63,986 nt of DNA, filler included, from Phoronis australis (GCA_002633005.1; 8 parts of 8 records of this genome joined end to end with filler, not necessarily neighbours in it), one strand, 5' to 3'. Shown: positions 35,640-50,007, counted from the first letter of the whole stretch. Notes: generated by a model not told the origin, from the sequence alone. Program-made: numbers and translations.

Positions 35640-37250
35640 GTAAAGATGTGTTTCACTTTATTGATTTACTGTTTACAAGATGCACATTTATTGGAATCTG
35701 AAAAAACTAATTAGACCAATGTGGAGGAATGAGTGCAGAGGTAGTAGTTAAATGAGGAGTCTGTATACTGTTTAATAACAATTTCGAATTCGAAGTAATT
35801 GGTGAAAAGCGAGATCAAAATGGTAATTTTCTCTTGTTGAATATTTTTACTGAAAAAATTAAACATTGTCTAATTAACCTTTACGGCGTTATTCTGATGA
35901 ACCTAGCTTTTTTAATTAGACGTTACCTGTCTAGTATTGACACTGACTTTGCTACACTATGTGGTGATTGGAAATTAGTCCAAGACTTTGAAAAAGGTTG
36001 TTTCTCATATTTGCGTTTAAGTAATGCAAACGCAAGAAAATAAGTTCCTAGCATTTATTTACTTGGTGGAAGACGGGTCCAGTCAAGAAAACTCGACTTG
36101 GCTTTTTCTTGTAACAGACGAAATGTCCAACATTATTGTGGAACAGGTCAAAATGAATCCTGGATATAGGACCGACCATTCTTCCGTTACAATGGAACTA
36201 GAGGTGCGGGCATTGGCGATTTAATAACTCCCTGCTTAAAGATGCGCAGTATGTAGGATTGCACTGCTTTTCCTTGCAATCGAAGCAGATTTGTTTTTAA
36301 GTTTAGAGGACTCTGTTTCTTAATATGCTTTTCCTCAACATTCGTAGTCAAACAGTCGAATTCCGTTAGAAAAAAGGGAGACAATGAGGATTGAATTAAA
36401 ACTTTAGAAACGAAAATTAGTGTTAGTACTTTTTAATATAATACAAAGCAATCACTCCAGACTTCTGTTTTTGAAAAAAATGTTTGAGGAAATGTCTGAA
36501 GAGCTGCAAGGTCTCAGAGCTCGGTGGACTGAAGATTAGGGAAAAACCGTCAAAATATTTTTCTAATCTTGAAAAGAGAAATATTATCAATAACAATATT
36601 ACCAAATTAGTTTTGCCCCATGATGAACTAAAAAAGTGATGTGGAGAGCTCTCTGGTTAATGTACCAATGTCAGTAACTGACACTTTTACAATAGTAAAG
36701 CGCATGAGAAAAATAAATCGGCTTCACAGCTGAATTTTACAAATGTCATTGGTGTGATATTTCCGTGTTCTAGATTCTTGTAAATGTTACTGATGGATGA
36801 ATAAATGTATGGAAAAAATACAAATATTATTCATGGTTAGGGCCGTATTCTGTTTTTAGACTTTTTGAAAGCATAATTTTTATGATACTATGAAATGGCA
36901 CTTTATTTACAAGCTTTAAATGCTTTCAATTTTGGACACGTTTTTACACAATGGGTATTGATAATTTATATTAAACCAAAAAAAATTGGTCAGTAATGGT
37001 TTCACTCCATATTATTTTCCCACAGAAAGGGACGTGAGACAGGCTGATTCCATGTCAGGTTCATTTATTTGCTTAGCCGTTGAAGTTCTGGCCAATTTAC
37101 TAACGAAATTATTTGGCGTATATTGCTAGCTGTCAAAAGTATGAAGGATTATACCTAGGTCGAGAAAAAAATGTTCTGACCTAATTTACGACTTCAAATG
37201 GATTGGCAAATCAATCAAGAGCTTGTGTATATCTTTGAGTAATAATAAGC
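35640..37250 (+). mobile_element. Heavily decayed L1/Tx1-clade LINE (APE endonuclease and RT remnants)
   Basis: Across frameshifts: CLQD.H, DQNGNFLLLNI, LINLYG, CGDW, PGYRTDHSSV, FNNSLLKD, EKPSKYFSNLEKRN, GFTAEFYK, FNFGHVFTQWV, VRQADSMS and LAVEVLA. Confidence 0.85.
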
Positions 37251-37297
37251 AAGGGAATGTTTTCTTAAATTTTGAATTTACAAGTGAATAAACAAGT

Positions 37298-37446
37298 CAG
37301 GGGCGGATCCAGGACTGAATTGGGGGGCAGGGCAGAGTACTAGCCGCGATTTTGCCCGTGAGACATTCGCACCCCGAACTGCAAAATGGAATCAGGAGAA
37401 TTTTAGGGGAACGTGGGCCCCTTGACCCCCCTCCAAATCCGCCAAT
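37298..37446. mobile_element. Small GC-rich MITE of the CA(G/T)..GGCGGAT family (similar ends at 34562, 35210 and 52607)
   Basis: Termini CAGGGGCGGATCC and AATCCGCCAATG; a G-run/C-run motif recurs at several loci. Confidence 0.55.
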
Positions 37447-40400
37447 GCAAGTTTCTCGTTTTCTGCCGGTAAAAGACATTTATAGTTCTTTGCTAAGCAG
37501 GATTAGTTTTGTCAAAACGTTTGCACTTTCTAAGATAGTGATTAATTTTGAAATGGACAAAGCAAATATAACAAAAATAAACGCAATAATAAATATTGTT
37601 TGGTAAGATAAACCGCTCAGAATTAAAAAAATGTGACTGTAAATTCTCATGAAAATGAAGTTTTTTTAGTTCCTGGTGTGAAGATTGTGTTCAAGTCGCT
37701 AGTAAAATGGGTTAATCGCTGCTTGGATGGAAACAATCCAGTTTTTATGTGTTTCCGAATCACGTTTTCAGAACATATCAAGGGCGGGGCACCATAGGGG
37801 GCTGTAGCCCCTCCACCTTTTCCAGTGCTCCGGCGCCCATGGTCTATGGGCGGTGCACCACAAAGGTCTGGGGGTATAGCCCCCCTTTTTCCAGTGCTGC
37901 GCCGCCCATGCATATGGGGGGTAGTCTGATCTTTAAAGTTATAGTAAGTTGTCTTCCTTTACCGTATCTTGATTGCTAAGGAAGAAATTATTGACTGTTT
38001 ACATGAAGACATCGTTGACTGCTTACATCAAGGCAAAACAACTGAAAGTCAAATACATGTAGTGTGGAATAACAAAAATATTTTGACGGGTGTGGAGATT
38101 GTGTAAGTCACCAGTATTTATGAGGCAGGCATCATTTTTATGAAGGGCGTTTTAGATCTTGAAAACAAGTTCTTGACCAGGGAATATAGAAAGAAAGATA
38201 TAAGTTTATAACTGTTAATCATGCTAACTGTTAATCATGCTGCTTGAAGACGTGCAATAAAGATGAAACTGAGTCTTCCAGATCAAAGTGCATTTTTCTC
38301 TTTCCACTTAAACAAAATAACTACTGTTTTTAGAAACATTTTGCTTACCAAAATTGTTTCACTTTCGGGTACAGAATACGGCTTGATAGATATTCGAAAT
38401 CGCAGTCTAAAATATTCGCCTTAATGGTTCTTCTGTGTTTGATGGTATTTTTCAAAAACAAAATATTCGTTATTATGGTGAAATAAGAAGCCAGAGCGCT
38501 ACGTACGCGAGACTCCGCCGTCTACGACGCTGCTGACGTCAACTGGAACATCTGATGCATCAGTGAATAACCATTATCAATGATCAAACCATTAGTTCGG
38601 TACTACGTGTACGGATGACCGATGAAAAAAAATCCAGGTGATGTATAGTTCCACAAATACTAGGTTTGTATGATAGAAATATTTTTTATGTTGTAAAACA
38701 ATTTAAATGAAATAAACGTTTTTGCATAAATAAAATCAAAATAACGACAAAAAGGGGCGAGAAAAGAGGAAGTCAAATAACAGAAAATCGAAACCAAAAA
38801 GAGGAAATGCTGAGGAACGTTTCAAGCCTTGTAAGTGGGGCGCTGTAGTAGAAAGCAGATTGTCAAACACGAACTTGCGTGTTCGAAAGATGCGGTGCCG
38901 GGTATTTGCTCACTTAGTACATGTGAAAAACAAAGAAATAACCGAAAAAATCGACTTGATTTATTTTCTTTAACGCAAACTGCACAGACAACAATTTTTG
39001 AAGAAATAAATACAAGTGAAACGCAACTAACACTACATTAGCGGCAATAAACCTGCATTCCGTCGAAGACGTTATTGATTTACACAAGCTTACCGCTATA
39101 AAATCGGCGTAAGCTTGCTCAAATGAGAAGTAATGTTTTATCTTGCAAACAAGTGACAGTTCGTCGTTGCTCGCAAACGTGATGGGGGACTAAAATGACA
39201 AGCCGTGAAGTCAACCTGAAGAAGCCTGTCTCATGCAATAACCAACTGCAAGTTATTTCAAAGCCAAGGCTTCATATCTCTTTTAAGTAAGGAGCAATTT
39301 GGGACCGACGTCATATCTGTAACTGGCCTAAATCTATCACTGGATTCTGTGACGGGAGACCGGTTTATATCCGCTTGAGCAGTGACGAAAGTTCTCAAAT
39401 TTTCTCCGTTTCCGTGGTCGCACAACCTGGTAAGCCAACCGCGTGCGGCACCCGCCAAATTTAAAGTACCGAGTTATAACTGCGGTGTAACAACCTAATC
39501 CTTTTTACATGCGAAGGAAATTGTAGCAGAAGACAATTTCTAAACCAATATATTACTAGGCCAACCAGGCAAACACGTATTAAGTTGATGAACTGATAGG
39601 GGGTGAAATTTACATATCCAGTCACTAATGAAAGAACACTTGACAATTGGGATGATGTCTGTCCCAACTTAGACTTAATAGGAATTTCTTTGAAATCTCT
39701 GGTGGACTGCTCTGTCAGACAGGTCACAAACATTTGGTCTTCCATAATAAATGTGTTAACTTCAGTTAAATCTTTGTTTTAAATATGTTTTGTCACTACA
39801 ACGTTCATCTGACTTGTTTACTGAAACTAAATATTCTTGCTAAATCAAAAAATTAATGTGTATCACAGTCACTATAAAAAATAAACAAAAAAGATTTCAC
39901 AAAGATTGGCTTAGCAAGACCATGTGGTTAACTTTGTGAAGAGAACCCTGGATTGTAAAACTGTCAAACCAAATCATTTACTTGACAAAATACAGAATTC
40001 TCTTAACATTTGTATTAAACAAAAATCATTTGAAATATTAGGTTTATTTACAAACAAAGTAAGATGCACACATTTGCCAAAGTCTAAGACCAAATTCTGA
40101 CAGTCATGTCACTACTGCATGAGACCAAAAACTCGCCATTTCGGTCAAACACGCTGGCCTGCACAGCATCTTCATGACCAATCAACTCCTTGATCTGAAA
40201 ACATTATGAAGACATCAGTAAGCTGGTTGTTCTCAGGAGGTATGTTCAACATAAACATTAAGTTGGTTATTCTCAAGACCTATGTTCAACAGAAACAGCT
40301 CAGTTTTGTATGGCTCAAGTGTTTAATGACAATTCACAATTTGTCACATCTTAAAATTTTCAAAAGAACATAATTAAACAAGTAAGTCACAACTGTCATA

Positions 40401-40693
40401 GTTTTTTTGTTTCCTAACATTTAAGAATGCAAACTTTCAATAATACCGTGCCAACATGGACAAGAGCCATAGACAATATGTAAGTCATCGAGGGGACATG
40501 GCATTACTAAGATAAATGGAATGAAAACCTTTCAAAATCAGCTCATTGTGATTTGAATCGCTCATCGAATGCAGAAGGCTTCTAGTATTTATATCACATA
40601 AATCAAAGAGAAGCAAAACTAAGAACCTTCAAAAAGTTCAAGTCACTTTGTGAGGCTGCAGCCATATGGTGTATGTGTTGTGATAGCCTACAA

Positions 40694-40762
40694 TGAGCAG
40701 TATGACTGATGTGTGTACAGTGAGCAGTATGACTGATGTGTGTACAGTGAGCAGTATGACTG
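40694..40762. repeat. 27-bp minisatellite truncated at the contig end
   Basis: TGAGCAGTATGACTGATGTGTGTACAG x2.5. Confidence 0.9.
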
Positions 40763-41235
40763 NNNNNNNNNNNNNNNNNNNNNNNNNNNNNNNNNNNNNN
40801 NNNNNNTTAATTAATTAANNNNNNNNNNNNNNNNNNNNNNNNNNNNNNNNNNNNNNNNNNNNCTTTCGGATTTAGCTCGCGAGCGTCCTTCAAAAACCCG
40901 GATGTGCGAAGACCGTCTGCCATGACATCACGGAATCATGTCCTTGAATTTGTGATTTTGGCATTCTTTTGTCATTTTTGTCGCCAAATCACCACACGAC
41001 GGAAATTTGAAGAGATCGAATGAAAGAAAGTATTCTAAGAGTTGTCCGATGCTAGTTTCGTGGAGTTCCATGCACATTTGAGTAGAAAATTCTGAACAAA
41101 CAGAATTCGAGTCTCCAACCTTTATGTTTTCTTAATATTATTGAGTGACGTCATTTGCGATAAACCCAAGCGCCTGTGGGTAATACGCAAAAGTGTGGAC
41201 TTCAGTCAGAAGAAAGTAATACTTAACATCTACAA

Positions 41236-41313
41236 AGGCGTCCTCAGCTTCTGATCGTCCCCAAGTGGTATTATATGTAGTGTATTGGGGACGATCAGAA
41301 GCTGAGGACGCCT
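41236..41313. repeat. Perfect 29-bp inverted repeat with a 20-nt loop
   Basis: AGGCGTCCTCAGCTTCTGATCGTCCCCAA (41236-41264) pairs with TTGGGGACGATCAGAAGCTGAGGACGCCT (41285-41313). Confidence 0.95.
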
Positions 41314-41472
41314 GTGCTCCAAGACGCTTGGAGGTTGGTCAAACTTCATTAGACTAAGTGAAAACCGACTTTGAGACAGTTCCATAACCTGCTATAGGGT
41401 TACATACACTGATGTGTCAGAGCTCTGTTCTAGCCTACAGTGTATATACAGGTTACGTAACAATAGCAAATC

Positions 41473-44400
41473 ATGCCAGGAAGTAAAGGCACACCTAATG
41501 CAGGAGCTGCGACTGGCTTGCGCAACCGGACCTTACCTTCATATATGACCCACTCTGAAAGTAACCCACCTGATATATCTAACAGAGAACTACTAGAGCA
41601 AATGAATGCAAAATTTGAGAACATGACAGAAGATTTTTCTGGTAAAATAGAATCGTCAATGCAAGGAAATGAAGCAGGAAAATGTTGGTTTGAGACAACA
41701 GGTGGCGCACTTGGAAAGCAAGGAGGATGATTTAGAGAACAGGTCTAGACGGGACAACCTAATTTTTCACGGCATTCCCGAGGGAAATTCGGAAACATCG
41801 GGAAGAAGCAGAAACTGCAGTAAAGGAACTAGTCAATAACCACCTAGCGGACATACCAGAGGTAAAGAATGAGCGGGCCCATAGGATTGGTCGCAAGAAC
41901 CCTAGCAAACCTCGACCAATCATCGCAAAGTTGAGTTCATTCAAGGACAAGTTGCAGATCTTAAAAGGCAAAAGAAAATTAAGGAGTGAAAAAATAATTA
42001 GAAACTACGACCTCATAGGATTCATTGAATCACATGCAAGAGCAGAGCATGAATTTAGCGATCTCTTAGAAAACTATTCCACGTTCACATCAGTACGAAA
42101 CATACATAACGGCAAACTATCTGGTGGAGTGACAGTAATGGTAAAGAACAATTTAGGAACCAAAATAACTCGCATCTGTGAGAATTTGGAAGACAGTGAG
42201 ACTATATTTGCATCTCAAAGATTTGTTTGCTGGTACAGACAAGCCAGATGTTATAATAGGTTTTATTTATCTCCCTCCCGAAGGGTCAGCATACTACAGC
42301 CACGACATTTCTGACTGCGGTGTTGATCGTTTCGAGGATGACTTTACCTGCTTGAAGAGTAATGGGAAATTTAACCAGTCACGGGTTATTTTGACAGGTG
42401 ACTTTAATTCAAGGACAGCTACATTCAGAGACTACATACCAGATGACGATATCACGCATATCAGTGTCCTTGTCAATAGCGACTGTTGTTTTATTCAACA
42501 TAATTTTGAAAAACCAAGAAACAACCAAGATGCGAAATCTAATTACTTCGGCAAAGAACTTGCCAAAGTTTGCGCAGTATATGGTACGCACATAGTTAAC
42601 GGTAGATACCCCTCAGACAGAGAAGAAAACTATTCGTTCGTCTCCACTCGAGGATGCAGCACTCTTGACTATGTTATTGCTGAGTCATCTCTGTTCGAAT
42701 ATATTAATGACTTAGAAGTATTAAACTACGACCAGTCGGACTATGTCCCTATTATATGTGCTCTACGTTATCTAGAACATACGGAAGCTGATACAGACGG
42801 ATCGAACACTAGTGTCAGAACGATCCCATTGCACCGACTCAAGTGGCAGCCACACAAATCTTCGAGTTTTAAGGATAGACTGGGCAGCGTTGACACCACC
42901 GAGAAATTATCTCAAATATCTTCAGCCATCGATATGGATATTAACAAAGCAGTTAAATTAATAAATGAGTTATTCCACACTTGCGGCGCTGACATGAAAA
43001 TAAGCAATAACCCCGCAGTGAACAGGCAGCAGACGAGGTGGTTTGACAACGTTTGCGAGCAAAAGAAAATAGAAAAACATAACTTATTGAAACTTTTCAG
43101 ATCCACAAAGTGTGTGGATACACTACGTAATTATATTGATACGAAGAGTCAATTTAAGGAAACCTGTCGTGAAAAAAAAACAATTATAACGAATAAATGC
43201 AAAAGAACTTATGTGATTCAGTGAGAGATCCAAGAAAATACTGGGTAAACGTGAATTCAATCATAAATCCGAATAATATCCAACAAGCGGATATTTCGTC
43301 GAACGAATGGTATAGCTATTTCTAAAAACTCTTGAACACTGAGCCTGCACCGGAAAACAGGGAATTCCTTAATAATTTGTTGGACGAAATGCGAGAGCAT
43401 GACGAAAGCTGCAATGACTGTGCCAACACACCTGGTGATGAAATCCTGGTACAACTTAATAAAGAAATCGACATGTCCGAAATCAATCAGGAAATAAATA
43501 AACTTAAAAACAACAAAACCCCTGGAGAAGATGGTATTCTCTTCAAAGCACTGACTGGTGACATCCTTGAAGTATTATGCAAACTATTCAACAAGGTACT
43601 GGCGACAGGAAAATTCCCGGAGAACTGGAGAAAGAGTATAATCGTTCCTATCTACAAGAAAGGAGACAAAAATAAGCCAAATAATTACAGGGGGAATTTC
43701 TTTAATTGATAACATAAGCAAGCTGTTTACATCAATATTAAACAAAAGGCTCATTGAGTTGTCGGATGAAATGCAATGTATCCCTGAGGAACAAGCCGGA
43801 TTTAGGGCGGGTTATTCGACCGTGGATAACATTTTTGTTCTACAAGCTTTGGCCCAGAGAAATTTATCAAAAAGAGGTGGAAAATGTACTGTGCCTTTGT
43901 GGACTTTTGCAATGCGTTTGAAAGTTTGGAAACAACACGTCTGTTTTATTGTTTGTTAAAAAATATTCTCCACGGGAAAATGTTCAATCTCCTGAGGAAT
44001 ATTTATGCTGAAGTGAAATCTTGCGTGAGAATACAGAGCCAAATCACACCCTATTTTGAACGTAAGAGAGGTGTGAAACAAGGGTGTATACTGAGTCCTT
44101 GGTTATTTTCTGTTCTTGTAAGCGGACTGGTGTCAGAGGTTAAAGAAAATGGAGGACGCGGTATCAAGTGTGATGATTGTGAATTAAGTTCGTTACTGTT
44201 TGCGGACGATTTGGTGCTTGTGGCGGACACAGTGCCTGGACTCCAGAGGAAATTAAATGTATTGCACAACTACTGTGTGGATTGGAGTCTTTGTGTTAAT
44301 CTTGATAAGACAAATATTGTTGTCTTCAAGCGAGGTGGAACTCTGTCGGCACAGGAAAGGTGGTTCTACAATAAGAAATTGGTAGAAACGAAATCTTATT

Positions 44401-45530
44401 ACAAGTATCATTGTGTGACGTTTTCTTGCAGATTAAAATGGAATGAAAATTGTAGAATATCAGCTTTACAAGCTAGAAAAGCAATGAACATGTTAAAAGC
44501 ATGTTTAACCAAAGTGAAGTGTAGATCCCCACATGTATGTTTTAAATTGTTTGACAGTATGGTAGTTCCTATATTGTTACATGTATATGGTGCCGAGATA
44601 TGGCGTAAAGTCTATTCGAAAGACATAGAAAGTGTTCACAATGATTTCTGTAAATGGGTTGCTGGTGTCCCAAAGAAAACAAGTAACGTTATGGCCAGAG
44701 GAGAATGCGGCAGGAATTAATTATCTGTAAAATACTTGTGCAGACCAATAATCTACTGGACCAAAATTCTACAGATGAATAACCCCAGATACCCAAAGAA
44801 AAGTTACAGGATGCTGCGGGAAGACTGTGAAAGAAGACGAGCAAATTGAGCCAGTGCAGTTAAAGATATTTTATTCAGGGAGGTATGGATAAGTGGACCG
44901 GGTAACATTGATTTATTTATACCAGAATTTAAGCAAAGATTGTTGAGTTGTGCTGCCCAAGAATGGAGGACATCAGTGCAGAGCTCTAGCAAGTGCTCAT
45001 TTTACTCTATTATCAAAACAGATTTATCTTGTGAAGAATACCTTTACTGTCTACCACCAACTCCACGTAGAATTCTAGCCAAATTCAGGTGCTGTGAACA
45101 TCAACTGAAAATAGAAACTGGTAGGCACCATGACATTCCAAAGGAAGATAGACTTTGCGAAATTTGCAACTGTTCAGAAATTGAAGACGAAATACACTTA
45201 TTACTTAACTGCCCCGTACATAACGACATTAGAATGAATGGAGAAATATCCCGACAGCATACTGACATCGAAAACGTCAAATACTTATTCAAAACAAACT
45301 CTGGAAATCTTTTGAAAAGACTATCCTTATTTATATTAAAGGCTTATGGTATTAGACAGGAAACTCTAACATTGTAACGTGTAAATATGTATATATGTAT
45401 TGAATATCCGGACATGAAATTGCCACCTATACCATATGCTGCAATGTAATGTGTACAAATGAGCTTAGCTCCGTGTACAAATAAACAACCTCTCTCTCTC
45501 TCCCTCTCTCCCTCCCTCCCTCTCTCTCTA
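41473..45530 (+). mobile_element. Near full-length, inactivated non-LTR retrotransposon (RTEX-like): ORF1, APE endonuclease, RT, C-terminal zinc finger and (CT)n tail
   Basis: ORF1: DLENRSRRDNLIFHGIPE...ERAHRIG...RPIIAK. APE: IYLPPEGS, GDFNSRT, LDYV, SDYVPI. RT: QAGFR, GVKQGCILSP, LLFADD. C-terminus: CEICNCSEIEDEIHLLLNC. Then AATAAA and a (CT)n tail at about 45480-45530. Several frameshifts and stops. Confidence 0.92.
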
Positions 45531-47000
45531 TATACTAGTTTCAGAGTATTTAACTTTCATTGCTGTTTATTTTGATTCGGGAATTCGCAGTATTATTCTT
45601 ACAGTATTTGCAGTACCTTGGTGTAGCTCGGTCTCTTTAGAAATTATCTCCCCTGTATTTCATTGAACTTGTTCATTGTCTTGTGTGGGGTTTGTTTTAT
45701 CTTCCTCTTTCGCGCTCTTGTATGCCTTTGTAAATGGCACAGCATACTCATACTGTTCATTGTTTTCTTTCAGTTTTCACCATACAGCTTACAATAAATG
45801 ATTCACTTCTGGAATTGTAGTAATTGGTGACAACCCTTCCCCTACGGGACAGGACACTAGCACAAGAAGCACAGTTGACAGATATATATGCGCTATTGAC
45901 GTTCCCACACTGAACTGCAATCTGTTTGCTTAATATTAGCCCTGTATTTCACCAAACCTTAGTAGATCTTTGCCGTGCACTAATTACAATACAGAACAGC
46001 AACAATTTTTGCGAGACATTAGTAAACTAGGAATTTGAAAAATACGAAAATATACAAATCACTCACGCCTCAAATTTCAGGATGAAAAAAAATAAATTTC
46101 AGCCATGATTTCTGTGTTCTGAATTTAGGAGGCTGTCTCAATCTGGAGAATTTTTAATGTAATATATCACCGATCTAATTGCTATCATCAACTATGTCAC
46201 CTTTGCTAAAAATATGTTAAAAACAATTATAAGCTATAATGTGATCTATCTGAAAAGTGTTCAAACATACACCATTGCCAGCATGATGACGAATACACAC
46301 AGCAGATAATACCCCCTGTACAGCACAGAGTTGAGGCTTTTTGGCAAACATCTACGTGTATCCCATACATTATGGCTACACGGAAGTCGTTCTTAGTCAC
46401 AGCAATATGAAGTGAATGACACACAGAAGTGGTAGCCCATGCATGTGGACGCCATAACGCAAAGTTGTCGTGAGGACTCGATTGGGACCTCAGGGGTCTC
46501 ACGCTCCACCGGCTAATTTGAAAAGGCTTTGTCCAGTCACGCGTTGTGGGTAATAAATCGAGATAATGATACCAACAGCCGACGCGACAAGCAGAACTAC
46601 TTTCTTTTACTTCATTTGTGCACTAACTGGAGAAATTTAGAATTAGACTTTTAAACACTATCCGATCTTCAACTTTTTTCGGGAGACTTAAATCTCAGTG
46701 TAGTTTGCGCAAAGACGATGTGCAATTTTTGGAGGTGTATTGACGATGATCAACGTTAAAACGGAGAGCAAATAAGTGCGTAATTGATCATCCAATCGGT
46801 AGTTTTGCGAGAAAGCGACGACCTTGCCGAAATTGAATGACGGAAACCCTTGAAAATCATTATAAGCGAGAAAGAGAAAACAAATATTTTCTGACGTTTA
46901 NNNNNNNNNNNNNNNNNNNNNNNNNNNNNNNNNNNNNNNNNNNNTTAATTAATTAANNNNNNNNNNNNNNNNNNNNNNNNNNNNNNNNNNNNNNNNNNNN

Positions 47001-47300
47001 GGCACAACGAAGGCACAAGTGACAAAAGGGCATAAGAGACAAAAAAGAAACGGCTGATAAAGAGGTCAAAGGTGACTACAAAGACAAGTGGAGAGAATAA
47101 CAGTAACAACAAGTCCAGTTCAGAAACCACGAAATGATAATGAACCAGGTACATCAGGATTAGAGCAATCACACGCTTCACAGTTCGAAAATGACCGTGT
47201 TGAGGACTTGGACACGGGGGATGAGGACAGCTGCTGCGTCTGTAACACATGGCCACCACCGCAACTATGCCTGCAGTATGCGTCTCTAGAGATGATTAAT
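47001..47300 (+). pseudogene. Possible C-terminal remnant of a pogo-type transposase (basic/acidic linker and start of a PHD-like finger)
   Basis: K/R-rich stretch, then EPGTSGL...DTGDEDSCCVCNTWPPP, broken by a frameshift and stop. Confidence 0.3.
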
Positions 47301-47989
47301 TGAAAAAAAAAGTGAATTCCAAGACTGCAGCCACTGTACTCACCTAAGGTTTTGCTGTAATGTGGCAGCATTTAGGCGATACGACAGATTTTTCTGCCCG
47401 TCATAACGTGCCATGCTGTCAAAGCCAGCTTCAAGAAGAGTAACATGTGATAATAACTAGGATCAGCTGCGCGTAACATGTGAAAAACTAATCAGTTTAA
47501 AGATTGCTGTGTTTTAAAATTTAAATCTCACTTAAAATATTTCATATTGATCATACACACGTTAGTTATTTCATGTTACCTGGTCTCATTAAAACTGGAT
47601 AACTAACAACTACACAGTCTTTTTACTTATCTAAAATTTTTTGTTTACAAAAATCACAATTTTCATTGGTCTTATTCTGTTTTCCCGTCTACAAGACGGC
47701 ACCATGACTTTAGGACCTGAAGAAAATGGCTGGTGTTTTCATATCTTGCAAAAACTCTGCCTGTGGATTGAAAACATGTTTTAACAGTGAGGACAGTTGA
47801 GCATTTGTGAGGATCTAATCACTTTTACTACACCATATAATCGGTTACTGAAAGAGATCAGTGGGTACGCCAGCAGAACAGGGTTAGTGCTTAGGTTCAC
47901 AACTTTAGCCAAAGTTTAGGTCCTCGGTGTATAATACTTGTTGTGACAAATAACTGGAGTTCACTATTGCTAAAGAAAATCTGACGAAA

Positions 47990-48680
47990 GTCTTGGTAAT
48001 AGTTTACAATATGTGACGATATTAACCCACACACATGATTTTGGTATCGTTTGATTCCTCGCAACGTTACCCTTCCAAAAATACATGGAAATTACTCCTA
48101 CCCCGATCCCTTAGTATTTTATCGTGAAATTTCTGCTCACACTATTTCCCGGTATGCTCTAGCAATGCCGCCACGTTGACTGGACGGTGTCACCTGCCGG
48201 TCAAAAACTGAACTGTGGTCCCAAGGGTTCAAATTCGATCCTATGGTGACCCTAGAACGCATCAGCTAGCAAGCATCCACGAAAAAAGTGGAGGTTGTTT
48301 TTGAGGTTCAAATTGGTGAAAAGGGTATCACAATTCTGAGAATTTCGTGGAAAAGTGATCAAATGGTCACAATTCTAAAAAAATTGGAAAAGGGTGAAAT
48401 GCTGCCCCTTGTTCCTCCATGTTATGTCAGGAATCTCGTGGCCAAACACCATTCAGAATCGATGATACTGTTTCATTCATTAGCAACAAGTGTCGCTCTA
48501 ATAATCTTGAGTTGAGCAACCATAGCGGTGTCAATCGGGAAATAGTGCGAACAGAAATTCGATGATAAAATACAGGGGATACATTCATATATTTTTGAAA
48601 GATAACGTTGCGAGGAATCTAACGATACTAAAATCATGTATGTAGGTCAATGTTGTCATATTGTAAAAAATTACCAAATT
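47990..48680. mobile_element. Foldback/MITE-like element with ~170-bp imperfect inverted arms
   Basis: 47993-48155 (CATGATTTTGGTATCGTTTGATTCCTCGCAACGTTA...CACTATTTCCCG) is the reverse complement of 48535-48677. Confidence 0.8.
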
Positions 48681-50007
48681 CTTCACATAACAAAGTTTCA
48701 TAGAGTCATATAATTTTAGTGAATAACTATAATACTTTGTCATTCTAACCTGCTGTTAGCCTATAACTATTCACTAGTTAGACAATGACCATGTGTCCAT
48801 AACTCGCCATTTTCACACTAAGCACATTAGGGGATACATATGTCATGCAACCTGCTGGGCACAGTGTTAAAAATGGCGAGTTACCGATTTTGGAAACTGA
48901 ACTGCTCGAAGAAAAAAGTTTGACGGGAGCATTTGTTCGAGGTGGAAGGAATTAAATACAGACTTCCTAAGCCAGGTCAAGTGTCCCTCTGGCTCTGTAT
49001 GCAAAGGATATTTATAACAAAGCACAGGCACCTTTGATCAGCCCTCAACTATACAATAAATTACTCCAGATGCACACTAATTGGTTACAAGAAAAATAGG
49101 TCTGGAAGTACCTTGCATACGACCATATTGAATAGCAGTTGTGTACTGTCGTGAACCTAGGTAGGTATTTGTTGTCCAGTTTCAATGTCGTCCGTCCTTG
49201 TTTGTATGAGTGTTATGGTCGACCGGATATATTATATGTCACGTGATTGGGGAGCTGCTGGACCTGCTCTCTCGTGTGTCGTCCTCCATAAGAAGAGGAT
49301 GTGTGTTTCACAGCGCGTTTAAAGTCAAGAAATGGACATGGGTGAGTAGCACCGTAGAACCTAAGTAGCCACAAATTACAACATTTGGAGTAGTTGCTAC
49401 GTGCAATTTCTACCTTTACACCGAGTGGCGCGTAATTCAAAGTATCTTTCGTGGATTTGTTTTTCCTTGTCGCTCGGTACCTACCGTGTCGTAGCAGGTA
49501 GGTCACTGAACACGGGTGTTCAGCTGTTTCATTTATTACATTCTTGATTTTTCATTTTTGTCTGGTAAATATAATATTCCCCCGAGTACTACCATGAGAC
49601 TTGAAAGTTGATCACAGAAAGTGGACAGCAAACAACACCAAATGTTTCAAGTTTTAGTCCGATTTTTGTCACGGAAAGGTTCACATTGACCATTTTAAAG
49701 GCTGGTTATCGGGCATGATTTGGGCCGTAAAAGTTTCCGCGTTTTTTGTCATTGGTCATTCCAAGCCCTGTTTTCTCTGTAATCAGACATTTTTTCATTT
49801 TTCTAGCTTAATTTTTTAAGTCTCGAGGCCATCGTACAAAAATTGAAATTTTTCATACAATATTTTTTTATTTGTGAATTCTGATATTGAAGCTCTTACA
49901 TTTGAAAAAAAGAGTGTTTAATTACTGACTCATATTAATACTGTTCTTTTTTCTTGCCGTTTATCAGTTTGTTGTGGTTTTAAAATTATTGCAATGTTCA
50001 TCTACAG

